Assembly: GCA_039591655.1 (NCBI GenBank)
Contig: JBDHDE010000031.1
Location: 1 to 29,448, forward strand
DNA length: 29,448 nucleotides
Source of the DNA: Gemmatimonadota bacterium
GTDB lineage: Bacteria > Gemmatimonadota > Gemmatimonadetes > Gemmatimonadales > GWC2-71-9
Direction: 5' to 3'
Part shown: one piece after another, positions 8,442 through 20,677 of the stretch
Layout of the letters: each line of letters starts with the position of its first letter
How positions within the stretch are numbered: position 1 is the first letter of the stretch
Notes under the pieces: model-generated
Databases searched by the model: none
Told to the model about the DNA's origin: nothing
The model's input: only the letters and a program-made list of their open reading frames with translations
Program-made: the position numbers and the translations under genes

Positions 8442-10076
8442 TCACTTCCCCGGCGCGGCGGCGCCCTTCCGCTTCGCGCCGCGCGCTGCGGCCCCCGGAC
8501 GTCGCTTCGTCGCAGTGCGCCGCCTGGCCCACTCGAGCGTCAGCTGTACCCCGAAGGCACTCTCGAACAATGCACTCTTGCGCTCGGCGTCCGCCAGCTC
8601 TACGGCGGGACTCCGCGTGGCATCCACTACCATCGTTACGGCTCCGTCACCGACCTCGCACTCGACGCCCCGCACGATCTGACCGTGGGTCCGATCGAGG
8701 CCGTCGGCGACCCGCAGGATCCCGCTCAGATTCCGTATCAGCAGGCGGTCGGCTCGGTCGAGGTGGTGCAGGTTCTCGTGCCACCTCTTCGGGAAGGCGC
8801 GCCGGTGGTACCGGGCAACGTTGGCGATCAGCTCGACCTCGCCCGGACTGAAACCTCGGAGATCGCCGTGCATAATCAGGTGGTAGGCATGCTTGTGGTG
8901 CTTGGCATGATTGATCAGGTAGCCAACATCGTGGAGCAGCGCCGCCGCCTGCAGGATGTCCCGGCCCGAGGACGGTAGCTCGTACGGCTCCCGTAGCTGC
9001 TCGAAGATCTGCACGGTCAGGGACGCAACGTGCTCGCAGTGCCGCTCGTTGGAACGGCACTTCCGCGCGAACTCCCGCACCCACTCCATGCGGTCCTGCA
9101 CCGGGGCGCCGGCAGCCCCAGCGGCGCCGAGTTCCTCCACCATCGATACCAGAAGGCCGTCGCGGACTCCGCGATCGTTCACGAGGATGCGCTGCGTCCC
9201 GAGACGCTTCGCCAGACGCTGGATCGCGGCGGCTCCGGCGACGATGATGTCGGCGCGTTTCGGGTTCAGTCCGCAGAGGCCGCGGCGGGCTCCCAACGGG
9301 GTCTCCAGCAGCCGATCCAGCACGCGCGCGAGGTCGGCCCGGCTCATGGCGTAGTTGCCCACCTGGGTCACGCGCCCCTCCCGCTCGCACTGCACCATCT
9401 CGCCCAGGTTGGTGAAGGTCCCTCCGCTGCCCACCATCACCTCGGCCGCGAAGGGCGGTCGCCCCATGGTCTGCTTGATGGTCTTGTCGATGGCCCGCCG
9501 CAGCTTCTTCCAGTGCTTCGGCCTGAGCGGATCGGACTTGATGTACCGCTCCGTCAGGCGCACCGCACCCAGCGGCAGGGAGTGCACCTGGTTCACCACG
9601 CCGTCGGCGGCCAGGACGACCTCGACGCTCCCTCCCCCGATGTCCACCACAGCGATGGAGCGCTCCTCGAGGGTGAAGTGCCGCATCACGCTCTTGAACG
9701 CGAGGCGGGCCTCCTCCTCGGGCGGGATCACCTCGATGCGCACGCGGCAACGGCGCGACGCCTCGCGCCGGAACAACTGACCGTTGGAGGCCTCCCGCAC
9801 TGCGCTGGTGGCAACCACCCGAAGCTCCTGCACACCGAACCCGTCGGCGATTGCCCGCATCTTTGTCAGCGCTTCCAAGGTGCGCTCCATCGGCCCGCGT
9901 CCGATGCGGCCGGTGCGGTAGAGCCCGCGGCCCAGCCGCGTCATCGCCAGCTCCTCATCCAGCACGCGGTAAGTACCGTCGGGCACCACCTCCGCCACGA
10001 CCAGGCGGATGGAGTTGGTCCCCACATCGATGGCAGCGAGCCGGGGCCGGTCGCCGTTGCCCGACGCCTCAGCCAC
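8442..10076 (-). CDS. ppx: Ppx/GppA exopolyphosphatase with C-terminal HD domain
   Basis: AAIDVGTNSIRL, ATSAVREASN, EEARL, DIGGGSVE, GSGGT, GVRDG, AALLHDVG, HHKH and ARYHRR. Stop is 4 nt upstream of the ppk1 start. Confidence 0.93.
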   Translation of the reverse strand: MAEASGNGDRPRLAAIDVGTNSIRLVVAEVVPDGTYRVLDEELAMTRLGRGLYRTGRIGRGPMERTLEALTKMRAIADGFGVQELRVVATSAVREASNGQLFRREASRRCRVRIEVIPPEEEARLAFKSVMRHFTLEERSIAVVDIGGGSVEVVLAADGVVNQVHSLPLGAVRLTERYIKSDPLRPKHWKKLRRAIDKTIKQTMGRPPFAAEVMVGSGGTFTNLGEMVQCEREGRVTQVGNYAMSRADLARVLDRLLETPLGARRGLCGLNPKRADIIVAGAAAIQRLAKRLGTQRILVNDRGVRDGLLVSMVEELGAAGAAGAPVQDRMEWVREFARKCRSNERHCEHVASLTVQIFEQLREPYELPSSGRDILQAAALLHDVGYLINHAKHHKHAYHLIMHGDLRGFSPGEVELIANVARYHRRAFPKRWHENLHHLDRADRLLIRNLSGILRVADGLDRTHGQIVRGVECEVGDGAVTMVVDATRSPAVELADAERKSALFESAFGVQLTLEWARRRTATKRRPGAAARGAKRKGAAAPGK

Positions 10077-10152
10077 GCCACGCTCCCAGCAGCAGCGGTT
10101 GGTGCGGGGTCGCGAGCGGCACTGTAATCACTTGTGGCGTAATGAGTTAAGG

Positions 10153-10203
10153 TGTGGCCCCGGAGCGGGGCGTAAAGCGGCGGCCCCGTATCCGGCGGGC
10201 CAC
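10153..10203. other. Extended imperfect GC-rich hairpin in the intergenic region upstream of ppx
   Basis: Nested pairings GTGGCCC/GGGCCAC, CGGA/TCCG and GCGGGGC/GCCCCGT. May terminate the upstream minus-strand small genes. Confidence 0.45.
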
Positions 10204-10274
10204 CTCCCCGTGAAACACCGCTTCCAGCTGAATGGTGCCGCTGAAGCGACGATCACGCAACAGTCGGTCGCCGG

Positions 10275-10460
10275 CTATCGCTCCAGCTTACGGGCGAAGC
10301 GCCGGTAGAGCAGGTACGTCGCGGAGCAGGCCACCAGGAAGAGCAGCGCCGGCACCACGATGCTCCATACCGGGCCGCCAATGGGCGGCGTCGCCGGCAG
10401 CGTGAGGGAGTCGGCCGGGACCTGGCCTCCGTGCGAGGCGAGCGCGCTCAGGCACAGCAT
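10275..10460 (-). CDS. Small single-pass membrane protein (61 aa)
   Basis: ATG at 10460 overlaps the previous stop (TGATG). Hydrophobic stretch WSIVVPALLFLVACSATYLLY followed by a basic tail. Confidence 0.65.
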   Translation of the reverse strand: MLCLSALASHGGQVPADSLTLPATPPIGGPVWSIVVPALLFLVACSATYLLYRRFARKLER

Positions 10461-10591
10461 CACCGTGCCCCCTCGCCTTCCTCGCCGCGCCGCTGCCGCC
10501 GGCGCCAGGCCCAGTAGGCCAAGCCCATCCCGAGGAGGGAAGCGAGGTAGGCAATGCTCATGCCGCTGAGCGTAACGAGACCTCGGTCCAT
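10460..10591 (-). CDS. Small single-pass membrane protein (about 43 aa)
   Basis: GGGAGG RBS about 9 nt before ATG 10591 (alternative GTG 10597 overlaps the upstream TGA). One hydrophobic segment, then RRRQRR. Confidence 0.65.
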   Translation of the reverse strand: MDRGLVTLSGMSIAYLASLLGMGLAYWAWRRRQRRGEEGEGAR

Positions 10592-10593
10592 GG

Positions 10594-10914
10594 TCACGTA
10601 CCTCCCGCGCCGGCGGACCCGCCCGATGCCTGGTTCTCCCACCGGAGCTGGCGCTCCAGCTCAGCGAGATAGCCGGCCTGTTTGGCCTCATAATCCGAGG
10701 AGACCGCCCGGAGCTTGGGATCGATCACCCAGTAGAGCAGCAACGCACCGGCCACCGCCGCCACGGTGAGCCACACGCCGGTGAGCTGTCCCAATATCAG
10801 CTTGGTGACCCCGATCATCACCAGCGCGAAGACGACGGGGGAGAGCACGATGGCGATCCAGTCCTCCCGGGTCCACTCATCCGCCGCCTCCGGCGTCCAC
10901 TGCCGGCGGATCAT
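10594..10914 (-). CDS. Two-TM hypothetical membrane protein (MIRRQWTPEAADEWTREDWIAIVLSP...); may instead be a C-terminal module of the upstream symporter remnant
   Basis: Two hydrophobic helices and a charged helical tail. In frame with the symporter-like fragment, with no stop between them. Confidence 0.6.
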   Translation of the reverse strand: MIRRQWTPEAADEWTREDWIAIVLSPVVFALVMIGVTKLILGQLTGVWLTVAAVAGALLLYWVIDPKLRAVSSDYEAKQAGYLAELERQLRWENQASGGSAGAGGT

Positions 10915-11170
10915 TGGCCGCGGTGCCGACTGTGCCGGTAGCGACGGCTGCGGCGCGACGAGCCCCCGTCGCTCGGCCTCACGGTGGACCGGTCCCCACC
11001 AACCCAACGGCCGTGTCATCACGTAATAGCGCAACCAGGTGATCCATCCGCTCCGGCGGCGTGAGCAACGTGGCCGGCACGAAGACGAGAGCGCCCAACG
11101 CCATCAACATCCAGAACTGCACGTAATCCGGCAGCGGCGGCAGCGCCCCGAAGGCCGGAAGCACCCACTG
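10915..11170 (-). pseudogene. 3' remnant of a sodium:solute symporter-like gene, 5'-truncated, with an apparent 1-nt insertion near 11034
   Basis: Joining two frames gives ...FVPATLLTPPERMDHLV/RYYVMTRPLGWWGPV, which resembles the C-terminus of SSS-family transporters. An in-frame TAG lies just upstream of the fragment, leaving no room for the rest of the gene. Confidence 0.6.
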
Positions 11171-11261
11171 AAGCTACTCAACGGTCTCCCGTGTCTGGGG
11201 ATCGCTCGGCTCGGAGTCTGCCGATTCTACTGCGAGGACCTCTGCACCACAACATCTGTCG

Positions 11262-11291
11262 TTGACAAACACAGTCTACCATCTGCATTGT
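11262..11291 (+). promoter_or_regulatory. Candidate sigma70-type promoter for the cytochrome gene
   Basis: Perfect TTGACA at 11262-11267 in a locally AT-richer gap, overlapping a short TGTC-N3-GACA dyad. The -10 match is poor. Confidence 0.3.
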
Positions 11292-11362
11292 CGTAAGAGT
11301 ACAGCGGTCTCGATTCACGACGTTGCCGATACTGGTTAGACCATGAGTGGGGAGGTGAGGAC

Positions 11363-12631
11363 ATGCGGAGACTGTCGGCCTTCTCGGTGATGGGTTTGGT
11401 GGCGGTCGCCCTCGGCATGTTGCCCGAAGCCGCCGCGGCACAGGACGGCGCACCGGCCTGCCTCGACTGCCACACCCGGGAAACACCTGGGATCGTCTCT
11501 GACTGGCAGATGAGCCGGCACGGCCAGCAAGGCATCACGTGCTCGGTGTGCCACGGCGCCGATCACTCCACGGCGTACGATACCGACGCCGTGAAGATCC
11601 CGACGCCGCAGACGTGCGAGCTGTGCCACAGGGATCGGGTAGTGGAGTTCACGCGGGGCAAGCACGCCGCTGCCTGGGCCGCCATGAACGCGATGCCCAC
11701 GACACACGCGCTACCCATGGCCCTCACCCAGGGCATGCGGGGTTGCGGCGGGTGCCACAAGATCGGCCTCAAGACCGACGAGGAGATCCAGGCGCTGAAG
11801 GAGAGCGGCACAGGGTTCGGCGTCGCCTCATGCGACGCATGCCACACCCGCCACCTGTTTTCCGTGACGGAAGCGAGCCAGCCCCAAGCCTGCCAGACGT
11901 GCCACATGGGGTTCGACCATCCCCAGTGGGAGATGTACTCCGCCTCGAAGCACGGCGTGCGGTTCTTGCTCAGGCAGAACGGGACGCTGCCGGAGCACGT
12001 AGCTGCGCCCACGTGCCAGACCTGCCACATGGTGGGCGGCAACCACGAGGTGCGCACGGCGTGGGGCTTCCTGGCGGTGCGGCTTCCCCTGCCGGAAGAC
12101 GAGCAGTGGGCAGCGGACCAGGCGACGATCCTGCAAGCTCTGGGTGTGCTGGACCCGGAGGGCAACCCGACGAGCCGGCTCGATGTGGTCCGGGCTGCCG
12201 ACGTGGCACGCCTCACCCAGGAAGACTGGGACCGGGAGCGGGGAATGATGATCCAGGTCTGCAGCCGCTGCCACTCGGAGAACTTCGCCAGGGGAGAGCT
12301 GCAGAAGGGGGACGAGATGATCCGGGAGACGGATCATCTTCTGGCCGAGGCCATTCGGATCGTGGCCGGCCTGTACGAGGAAGGCACACTGGAGCAGCCC
12401 GAGAGCTACGCCTACGCGTTCCCCGACCTGCTGACCTTTCATGACGCACCCACGCCCATCGAGCAGAGGCTCTTCGTGATGCACCTGGAGCACCGGATGC
12501 GGGCGTTCCAGGGCGCGTTCCACGCCAACCCGGATTACTCGCTGTGGTACGGCTGGAGCGAGATGGTGCGGGACCTGGCGGAGATCAAGCAGATGGCGGA
12601 GGACATGCGGCGCCACGCCGCGGAGCCGTAG
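11363..12631 (+). CDS. Octaheme cytochrome c, hydroxylamine oxidoreductase (HAO) family, with signal peptide
   Basis: Eight CxxCH motifs: CLDCH, CSVCH, CELCH, CGGCH, CDACH, CQTCH, CQTCH, CSRCH. HAO-family segments GKH, HTRHLFS, CHMGFDHPQWEMY..SKHG and HANPDY. Signal peptide ends AAAA-Q; strong RBS. Confidence 0.88.
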   Translation: MRRLSAFSVMGLVAVALGMLPEAAAAQDGAPACLDCHTRETPGIVSDWQMSRHGQQGITCSVCHGADHSTAYDTDAVKIPTPQTCELCHRDRVVEFTRGKHAAAWAAMNAMPTTHALPMALTQGMRGCGGCHKIGLKTDEEIQALKESGTGFGVASCDACHTRHLFSVTEASQPQACQTCHMGFDHPQWEMYSASKHGVRFLLRQNGTLPEHVAAPTCQTCHMVGGNHEVRTAWGFLAVRLPLPEDEQWAADQATILQALGVLDPEGNPTSRLDVVRAADVARLTQEDWDRERGMMIQVCSRCHSENFARGELQKGDEMIRETDHLLAEAIRIVAGLYEEGTLEQPESYAYAFPDLLTFHDAPTPIEQRLFVMHLEHRMRAFQGAFHANPDYSLWYGWSEMVRDLAEIKQMAEDMRRHAAEP

Positions 12632-12653
12632 CGCTCCCGGACGCCGCTGCCGC

Positions 12654-13532
12654 ATGCATACCCGTCCCCTCGGCCCTGCAGCCCCCTCCGTGTCGGCCAT
12701 GGGCTTCGGCGGCATGCCGCTCTCCATCCAGGGACGGCCCGACGATGAGCAGACGGCGGTGCGTGTCATCCACAGCGTACTGGATGCCGGGGTCACGCTC
12801 ATCGATACTGCGAACGCGTACTGCCTGGACGACGACGATATCGGGCACAACGAGCGACTCGTAGCCAAGGCTCTGAAGAGCTGGTCCGGCCCGCGGGAAC
12901 ATGTGGTGGTCGCCACGAAGGGCGGGATCACCCGGCCTCAAGGTCGCTGGGAGCGGGACGGCCGCCCCGAGCAGCTCGAGCGGGCATGCGAGCAGTCCCT
13001 CGCGGCCTTGGGCGTAGAGCACATCGACCTGTACCAGCTCCACGCGCCCGATCCGAAGGTGCCGTTCATCGACAGCGTCGGCGCTCTGGCGCGGCTGCAA
13101 CAGGCAGGGAAGATCCGCTGGGTCGGTCTATCCAACGTCTCCGTGGAGGAGATCCGGGCCGCCGGGACCATCGTCAAGGTACAGACCGTCCAGAACCGGC
13201 TGAACCCGTTCTTTCGCGAGGCCGTCGAGGGGGGCGTGGCGCGGTTCTGCGCCCAGGGGGGCATCGGGTTTCTGGCGTACAGCCCGATGGGTGGGGGACG
13301 CTTGAACAAGAAGCTCCCCGACCACCCCACGTTGCAGCCCATCGCTGGGCGTCACGGCGCGTCGCCCCACGCGGTGGTGCTCGCCTGGGTCCTGGCTCAG
13401 TCGGAGAGCGTGATCCCCATCCCAGGCGCACGGACGGTGGAGCACGCGCTGGATTCGCTGACGGCCACAGACATCAAGCTGAGCGGCGCCGAGCTGGCGG
13501 CCATCGACCAAGCGGAGTTCTCGCGGTCGTGA
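12654..13532 (+). CDS. Aldo/keto reductase
   Basis: GFGGM, IDTANAY, VATKGG, IDLYQLH, GKIRWVGLSN, AYSPMGGG and IPIPG. Confidence 0.93.
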   Translation: MHTRPLGPAAPSVSAMGFGGMPLSIQGRPDDEQTAVRVIHSVLDAGVTLIDTANAYCLDDDDIGHNERLVAKALKSWSGPREHVVVATKGGITRPQGRWERDGRPEQLERACEQSLAALGVEHIDLYQLHAPDPKVPFIDSVGALARLQQAGKIRWVGLSNVSVEEIRAAGTIVKVQTVQNRLNPFFREAVEGGVARFCAQGGIGFLAYSPMGGGRLNKKLPDHPTLQPIAGRHGASPHAVVLAWVLAQSESVIPIPGARTVEHALDSLTATDIKLSGAELAAIDQAEFSRS

Positions 13533-14512
13533 CGTCCGGCGCCTGGCCCATCTCCCTCTCGGACATCCGGTCTGCCCGGGAGCGGATCCGACGGTTCCTC
13601 CGGCCTACGCCACTCCGGCGCTATCCCACACTCGATGCGGCCGTGGGGAACGACATCGGCGTCTTGGTCAAGCACGAGAACCACAACCCCACCAACTCCT
13701 TCAAGGCGCGCAACGGTCTCTCGGCCATGACGACGCTCTCGCCCGAGGAGCGCGCACGAGGAGTCGGTGCGGCTACGCGGGGCAACCACGGCCAAGGCAT
13801 CGCCTATGCGGGTCAGGTCCTCGGCATCCCCGTGACCATTTGCGTGCCCCACGGCAACAACCCCGAGAAGAACGCGGCGATACGCGGTTTCGGGGCGGAA
13901 CTCATCGAGGAAGGCCGCGACTACGACGAGTCGCTGACCGTCATGGAGGGGCTGGTCGCGAAGCGCGGGCTCACGATGGTTCACGGGACCAACGACCCCC
14001 GTGTGCTGGCCGGCGCCGGGACGGTGACGCTGGAGATCGTGGAGGATGAGCCTGAGCTCGACGCCATGGTAGTCGCCGTGGGCGGCGGATCGCAAACCGT
14101 GGGCGCGCTCACCGTGTTGCGGGACTTGAGGCCGGCCGCACGGGTCTATGCCGTACAGGCCGAGGGCGCAGCTGCGGCATACGAATCGTGGAAGGCGGGC
14201 CGACCGGTGGCCACCCCGTCAGCCAACACCTTTGCCGACGGAATCGCCACCCGCTCGACCTACCAGCTCACGCTACCTACCCTGCTCGAGGGCCTCGCCG
14301 GGTTCGTGACGGTGAGTGACGGGGAGATCGCCGAGGCCCTGCGGCTGCTCCTCTGCACCACCCACAACCTGGCCGAGCCGGCTGGGGCCGCAGGGTTGGC
14401 CGGACTCATCAAGCTGCGGGAGGAGTTGGCGGGCCTGAAGGTCGCCGTGATTCTCTCGGGCGGGAACATCGACGCGGCAACCCTGGCGCGGGTAGTGAGC
14501 AAAGAGATCTAG
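13529..14512 (+). CDS. PLP-dependent threonine/serine dehydratase family protein (no regulatory ACT domain)
   Basis: GTG 13529 overlaps the AKR stop (GTGA). Motifs KHENHNPTNSFKARNG, TRGNHGQG, VGGGS, ADGIA, EPAGA and SGGN. Confidence 0.9.
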   Translation: MTSGAWPISLSDIRSARERIRRFLRPTPLRRYPTLDAAVGNDIGVLVKHENHNPTNSFKARNGLSAMTTLSPEERARGVGAATRGNHGQGIAYAGQVLGIPVTICVPHGNNPEKNAAIRGFGAELIEEGRDYDESLTVMEGLVAKRGLTMVHGTNDPRVLAGAGTVTLEIVEDEPELDAMVVAVGGGSQTVGALTVLRDLRPAARVYAVQAEGAAAAYESWKAGRPVATPSANTFADGIATRSTYQLTLPTLLEGLAGFVTVSDGEIAEALRLLLCTTHNLAEPAGAAGLAGLIKLREELAGLKVAVILSGGNIDAATLARVVSKEI

Positions 14513-14537
14513 TCGCCCGGCAGCTACCCCGTTCGGG

Positions 14538-15518
14538 TCACCCCCATAGCGCCGCCCGCGGTGGCTCAAGCACGCTCCCCTCCACACTGAGCGCATCCGG
14601 CCGGTCCTTCGCCACGAGCAGCGGCGCATCGAGATCGGCGTAGCGCGCCGCGAAGCCGAGCAGTGTCGCCGGCGCGACACCCAGTGACGTCCCCACCATG
14701 CACCCGACCATGATCCCGAGGCCCGCATCCTCTGCCGCCCGGACCAGGCGTAGGGCCTCGGTGAGCCCACCCGTCTTATCCAGCTTCACGTTGACGAAGT
14801 CGTAGCGGTCGGCCAGCGCCGACACGTCGGCGGCCACGTGGCACGATTCGTCGGCGCATACGGGCACCGGATGCTCCATCTCGGCAAGGGCCCCGTCCCC
14901 GGCGGCGGGCAACGGCTGCTCAATCAGCTCGACGCCCAGCTCACCCAGGGACGGCGCCAGCTCCCGGTACAGATCCGCCGCCCACCCCTCGTTGGCGTCG
15001 GTGATGATGCGGGCGTTCGGCGAAGCCTCGCGGACAGCTCGCACCCGCTCGAGGTCGCCCTCGCCGATGAGCTTGAGCTTGAGCAGCGGCGCGTCGGCGT
15101 GCTCCCGGGTCTGCGCGGCCATTTCAGCCGGGGTGCCGAGGCTGATCGTGTAGGTGATATCGAGCGGCTGCGGCTCAGGCACCCCCGCCAGATCCCAGGC
15201 GCGGCTGCCCGCCTGCTTGGCCTCGAAGTCCCATAGCGCACAATCCACTGCGTTGCGGGCGGCGCCGGGCGGGAGCGCCTCCTGGAGGGCGGCGCGGTCG
15301 AGACCTCCGGCCACGGCGCCGGCCAGCGACTCGATCTGGGCCATCACGCCCCCGACCGTCTCGCCGTATCGCGGGTAGGGCAGGCACTCGCCGCGACCCC
15401 GGTGGGTGCCGTCGTCGATCTCGGCGACGACCACGTTGGCCTCAGTGCGCGCCCCGCGGGAGATGCGGAAGACGCCAGCGAGGGGAAATGTCTCGTGGCG
15501 CACGATCATCCGGCGCAT
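14538..15518 (-). CDS. dgcA: L-Ala-D/L-Glu dipeptide epimerase / N-acetyl-D-Glu racemase (enolase superfamily)
   Basis: FRISRG, GECLPYPRYGE, KLKL, DANEGW, EQP, DES, KLDKTGG, GCM and DLD. Confidence 0.85.
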   Translation of the reverse strand: MRRMIVRHETFPLAGVFRISRGARTEANVVVAEIDDGTHRGRGECLPYPRYGETVGGVMAQIESLAGAVAGGLDRAALQEALPPGAARNAVDCALWDFEAKQAGSRAWDLAGVPEPQPLDITYTISLGTPAEMAAQTREHADAPLLKLKLIGEGDLERVRAVREASPNARIITDANEGWAADLYRELAPSLGELGVELIEQPLPAAGDGALAEMEHPVPVCADESCHVAADVSALADRYDFVNVKLDKTGGLTEALRLVRAAEDAGLGIMVGCMVGTSLGVAPATLLGFAARYADLDAPLLVAKDRPDALSVEGSVLEPPRAALWG

Positions 15519-15524
15519 GGCAGC

Positions 15525-19573
<4,049 letters not shown>

Positions 19574-19587
19574 GAGGGAGAAGACCC

Positions 19588-20547
19588 ATGGTCAAGACTG
19601 CAAAGGGCGGCCGCCGCAAGAAGCAGCCGGAGCCCAAGTCCCGAGGCTTGGGGGCGACACGGCTCGCGTCGGCCAGCCCACCCCAGGCGATCGAGCAGCT
19701 GAGGCAGGTGATCGAGATGGAGGGCGGCTCGGTGCTGGGAGCCTACCGGGATCCACTGGGCGGCAACTGGCAGGTGCTGGCGGGACTTCCCATCGATCTC
19801 GTGGAGCCAACGCCGTTCCAGCGGGATCTCTCCGAGGCCCATGTGAAGCGATTGGCGACCGCCATCGACAAGCTGGACCGCTACCTCGATCCCGTCGTCG
19901 CCGTGCGCTCCGAGACCACCGGAACCTACTGGACGCCCAATGGCTACCACCGCCTCGCCGCGGTGCGCGCCCTGGGCGGCAAGTCCATTACGGCTCTGGT
20001 GGTCCCCGAAGAGGAGATCGCCCGCCGCATCCTGGCCCTCAATACCGAGAAGGCCCACAACCTGCGGGAGCGGGCGCTGGAGGTCATTCGACTGGCGGAA
20101 GGGTTGGTGGAGCTGGACGACAGACCCGAGCGGGAGTTCGAGGCGGAGTTCGAGGAGCCGGCGCTTCTCACCCTCGGTCTCTGCTACCAGGAGAAAGGCC
20201 GCTTCTCGGGCGGTGCGTATCAGCCGGTTCTCAAGCGCGTCGAGAAGTTCCTCGGGGCCCGGCTCTCCGCCGCCCTCGATAAGCGGCGCGCTCGGGCAGC
20301 GAGGATCTTGGAGATCGATGACGCCGTCAACTCCGCCGTCGCCACGCTAAAGGAGCGCGGCTTCAGGAGCCCCTATCTCAAGGCCTTCGTCGTAGCGCGG
20401 ATCAACCCGCTGCGTGGCGCTCCGCCCCGCACCAAGGCCGGCGTCGACGAGACCATCGACAAGATGCTGCGTGCGGTCCAGCGGTTCGACGCCACTAGGG
20501 TGAGGCTCGACCAGGTGGCCGGCGCCGGAGGGCCACCAGACGATTAG
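19588..20547 (+). CDS. ParB/Srx N-terminal domain protein
   Basis: PTPFQR, DPVVAV, TPNGYHRLAA and LALNTEK motifs; GAGGGAG RBS. Confidence 0.8.
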   Translation: MVKTAKGGRRKKQPEPKSRGLGATRLASASPPQAIEQLRQVIEMEGGSVLGAYRDPLGGNWQVLAGLPIDLVEPTPFQRDLSEAHVKRLATAIDKLDRYLDPVVAVRSETTGTYWTPNGYHRLAAVRALGGKSITALVVPEEEIARRILALNTEKAHNLRERALEVIRLAEGLVELDDRPEREFEAEFEEPALLTLGLCYQEKGRFSGGAYQPVLKRVEKFLGARLSAALDKRRARAARILEIDDAVNSAVATLKERGFRSPYLKAFVVARINPLRGAPPRTKAGVDETIDKMLRAVQRFDATRVRLDQVAGAGGPPDD

Positions 20548-20677
20548 GCGTGGCGTCGAGCCACACCGGCGACTGAGCCATGGCGCCGTGCGACGACGCT
20601 GGACAGCATGAGTCCGAAGACGTAGTTGTATGGGAGCGAATGGCACACGACACCCGGAATCCCAGAGGAGGTGCACC

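Noticed and set aside
6794..8851. 685-aa plus-strand ORF opposite ppk1/ppx
   Set aside because: Antisense shadow with no recognisable domain.
10121..10150. Possible Pho box upstream of ppx
   Set aside because: The two GTAAT half-sites are 15 nt apart rather than 11; kept only as an unassigned dyad.
11176..11182. GTTGAGT on the minus strand matching the integron core GTTRRRY
   Set aside because: A 7-mer match is expected by chance; no paired inverse core, attC hairpin or integrase was seen.
11363..12631. Reading the HAO-like gene as evidence of ammonia oxidation or anammox
   Set aside because: No amo, cycAB or hzs genes in the window, and HAO-family proteins occur widely in non-nitrifiers.
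12986..13528. Apparent N-terminal extension making the dehydratase 508 aa
   Set aside because: Overlaps the AKR gene in another frame. The real start is most likely GTG 13529, coupled to the AKR stop.
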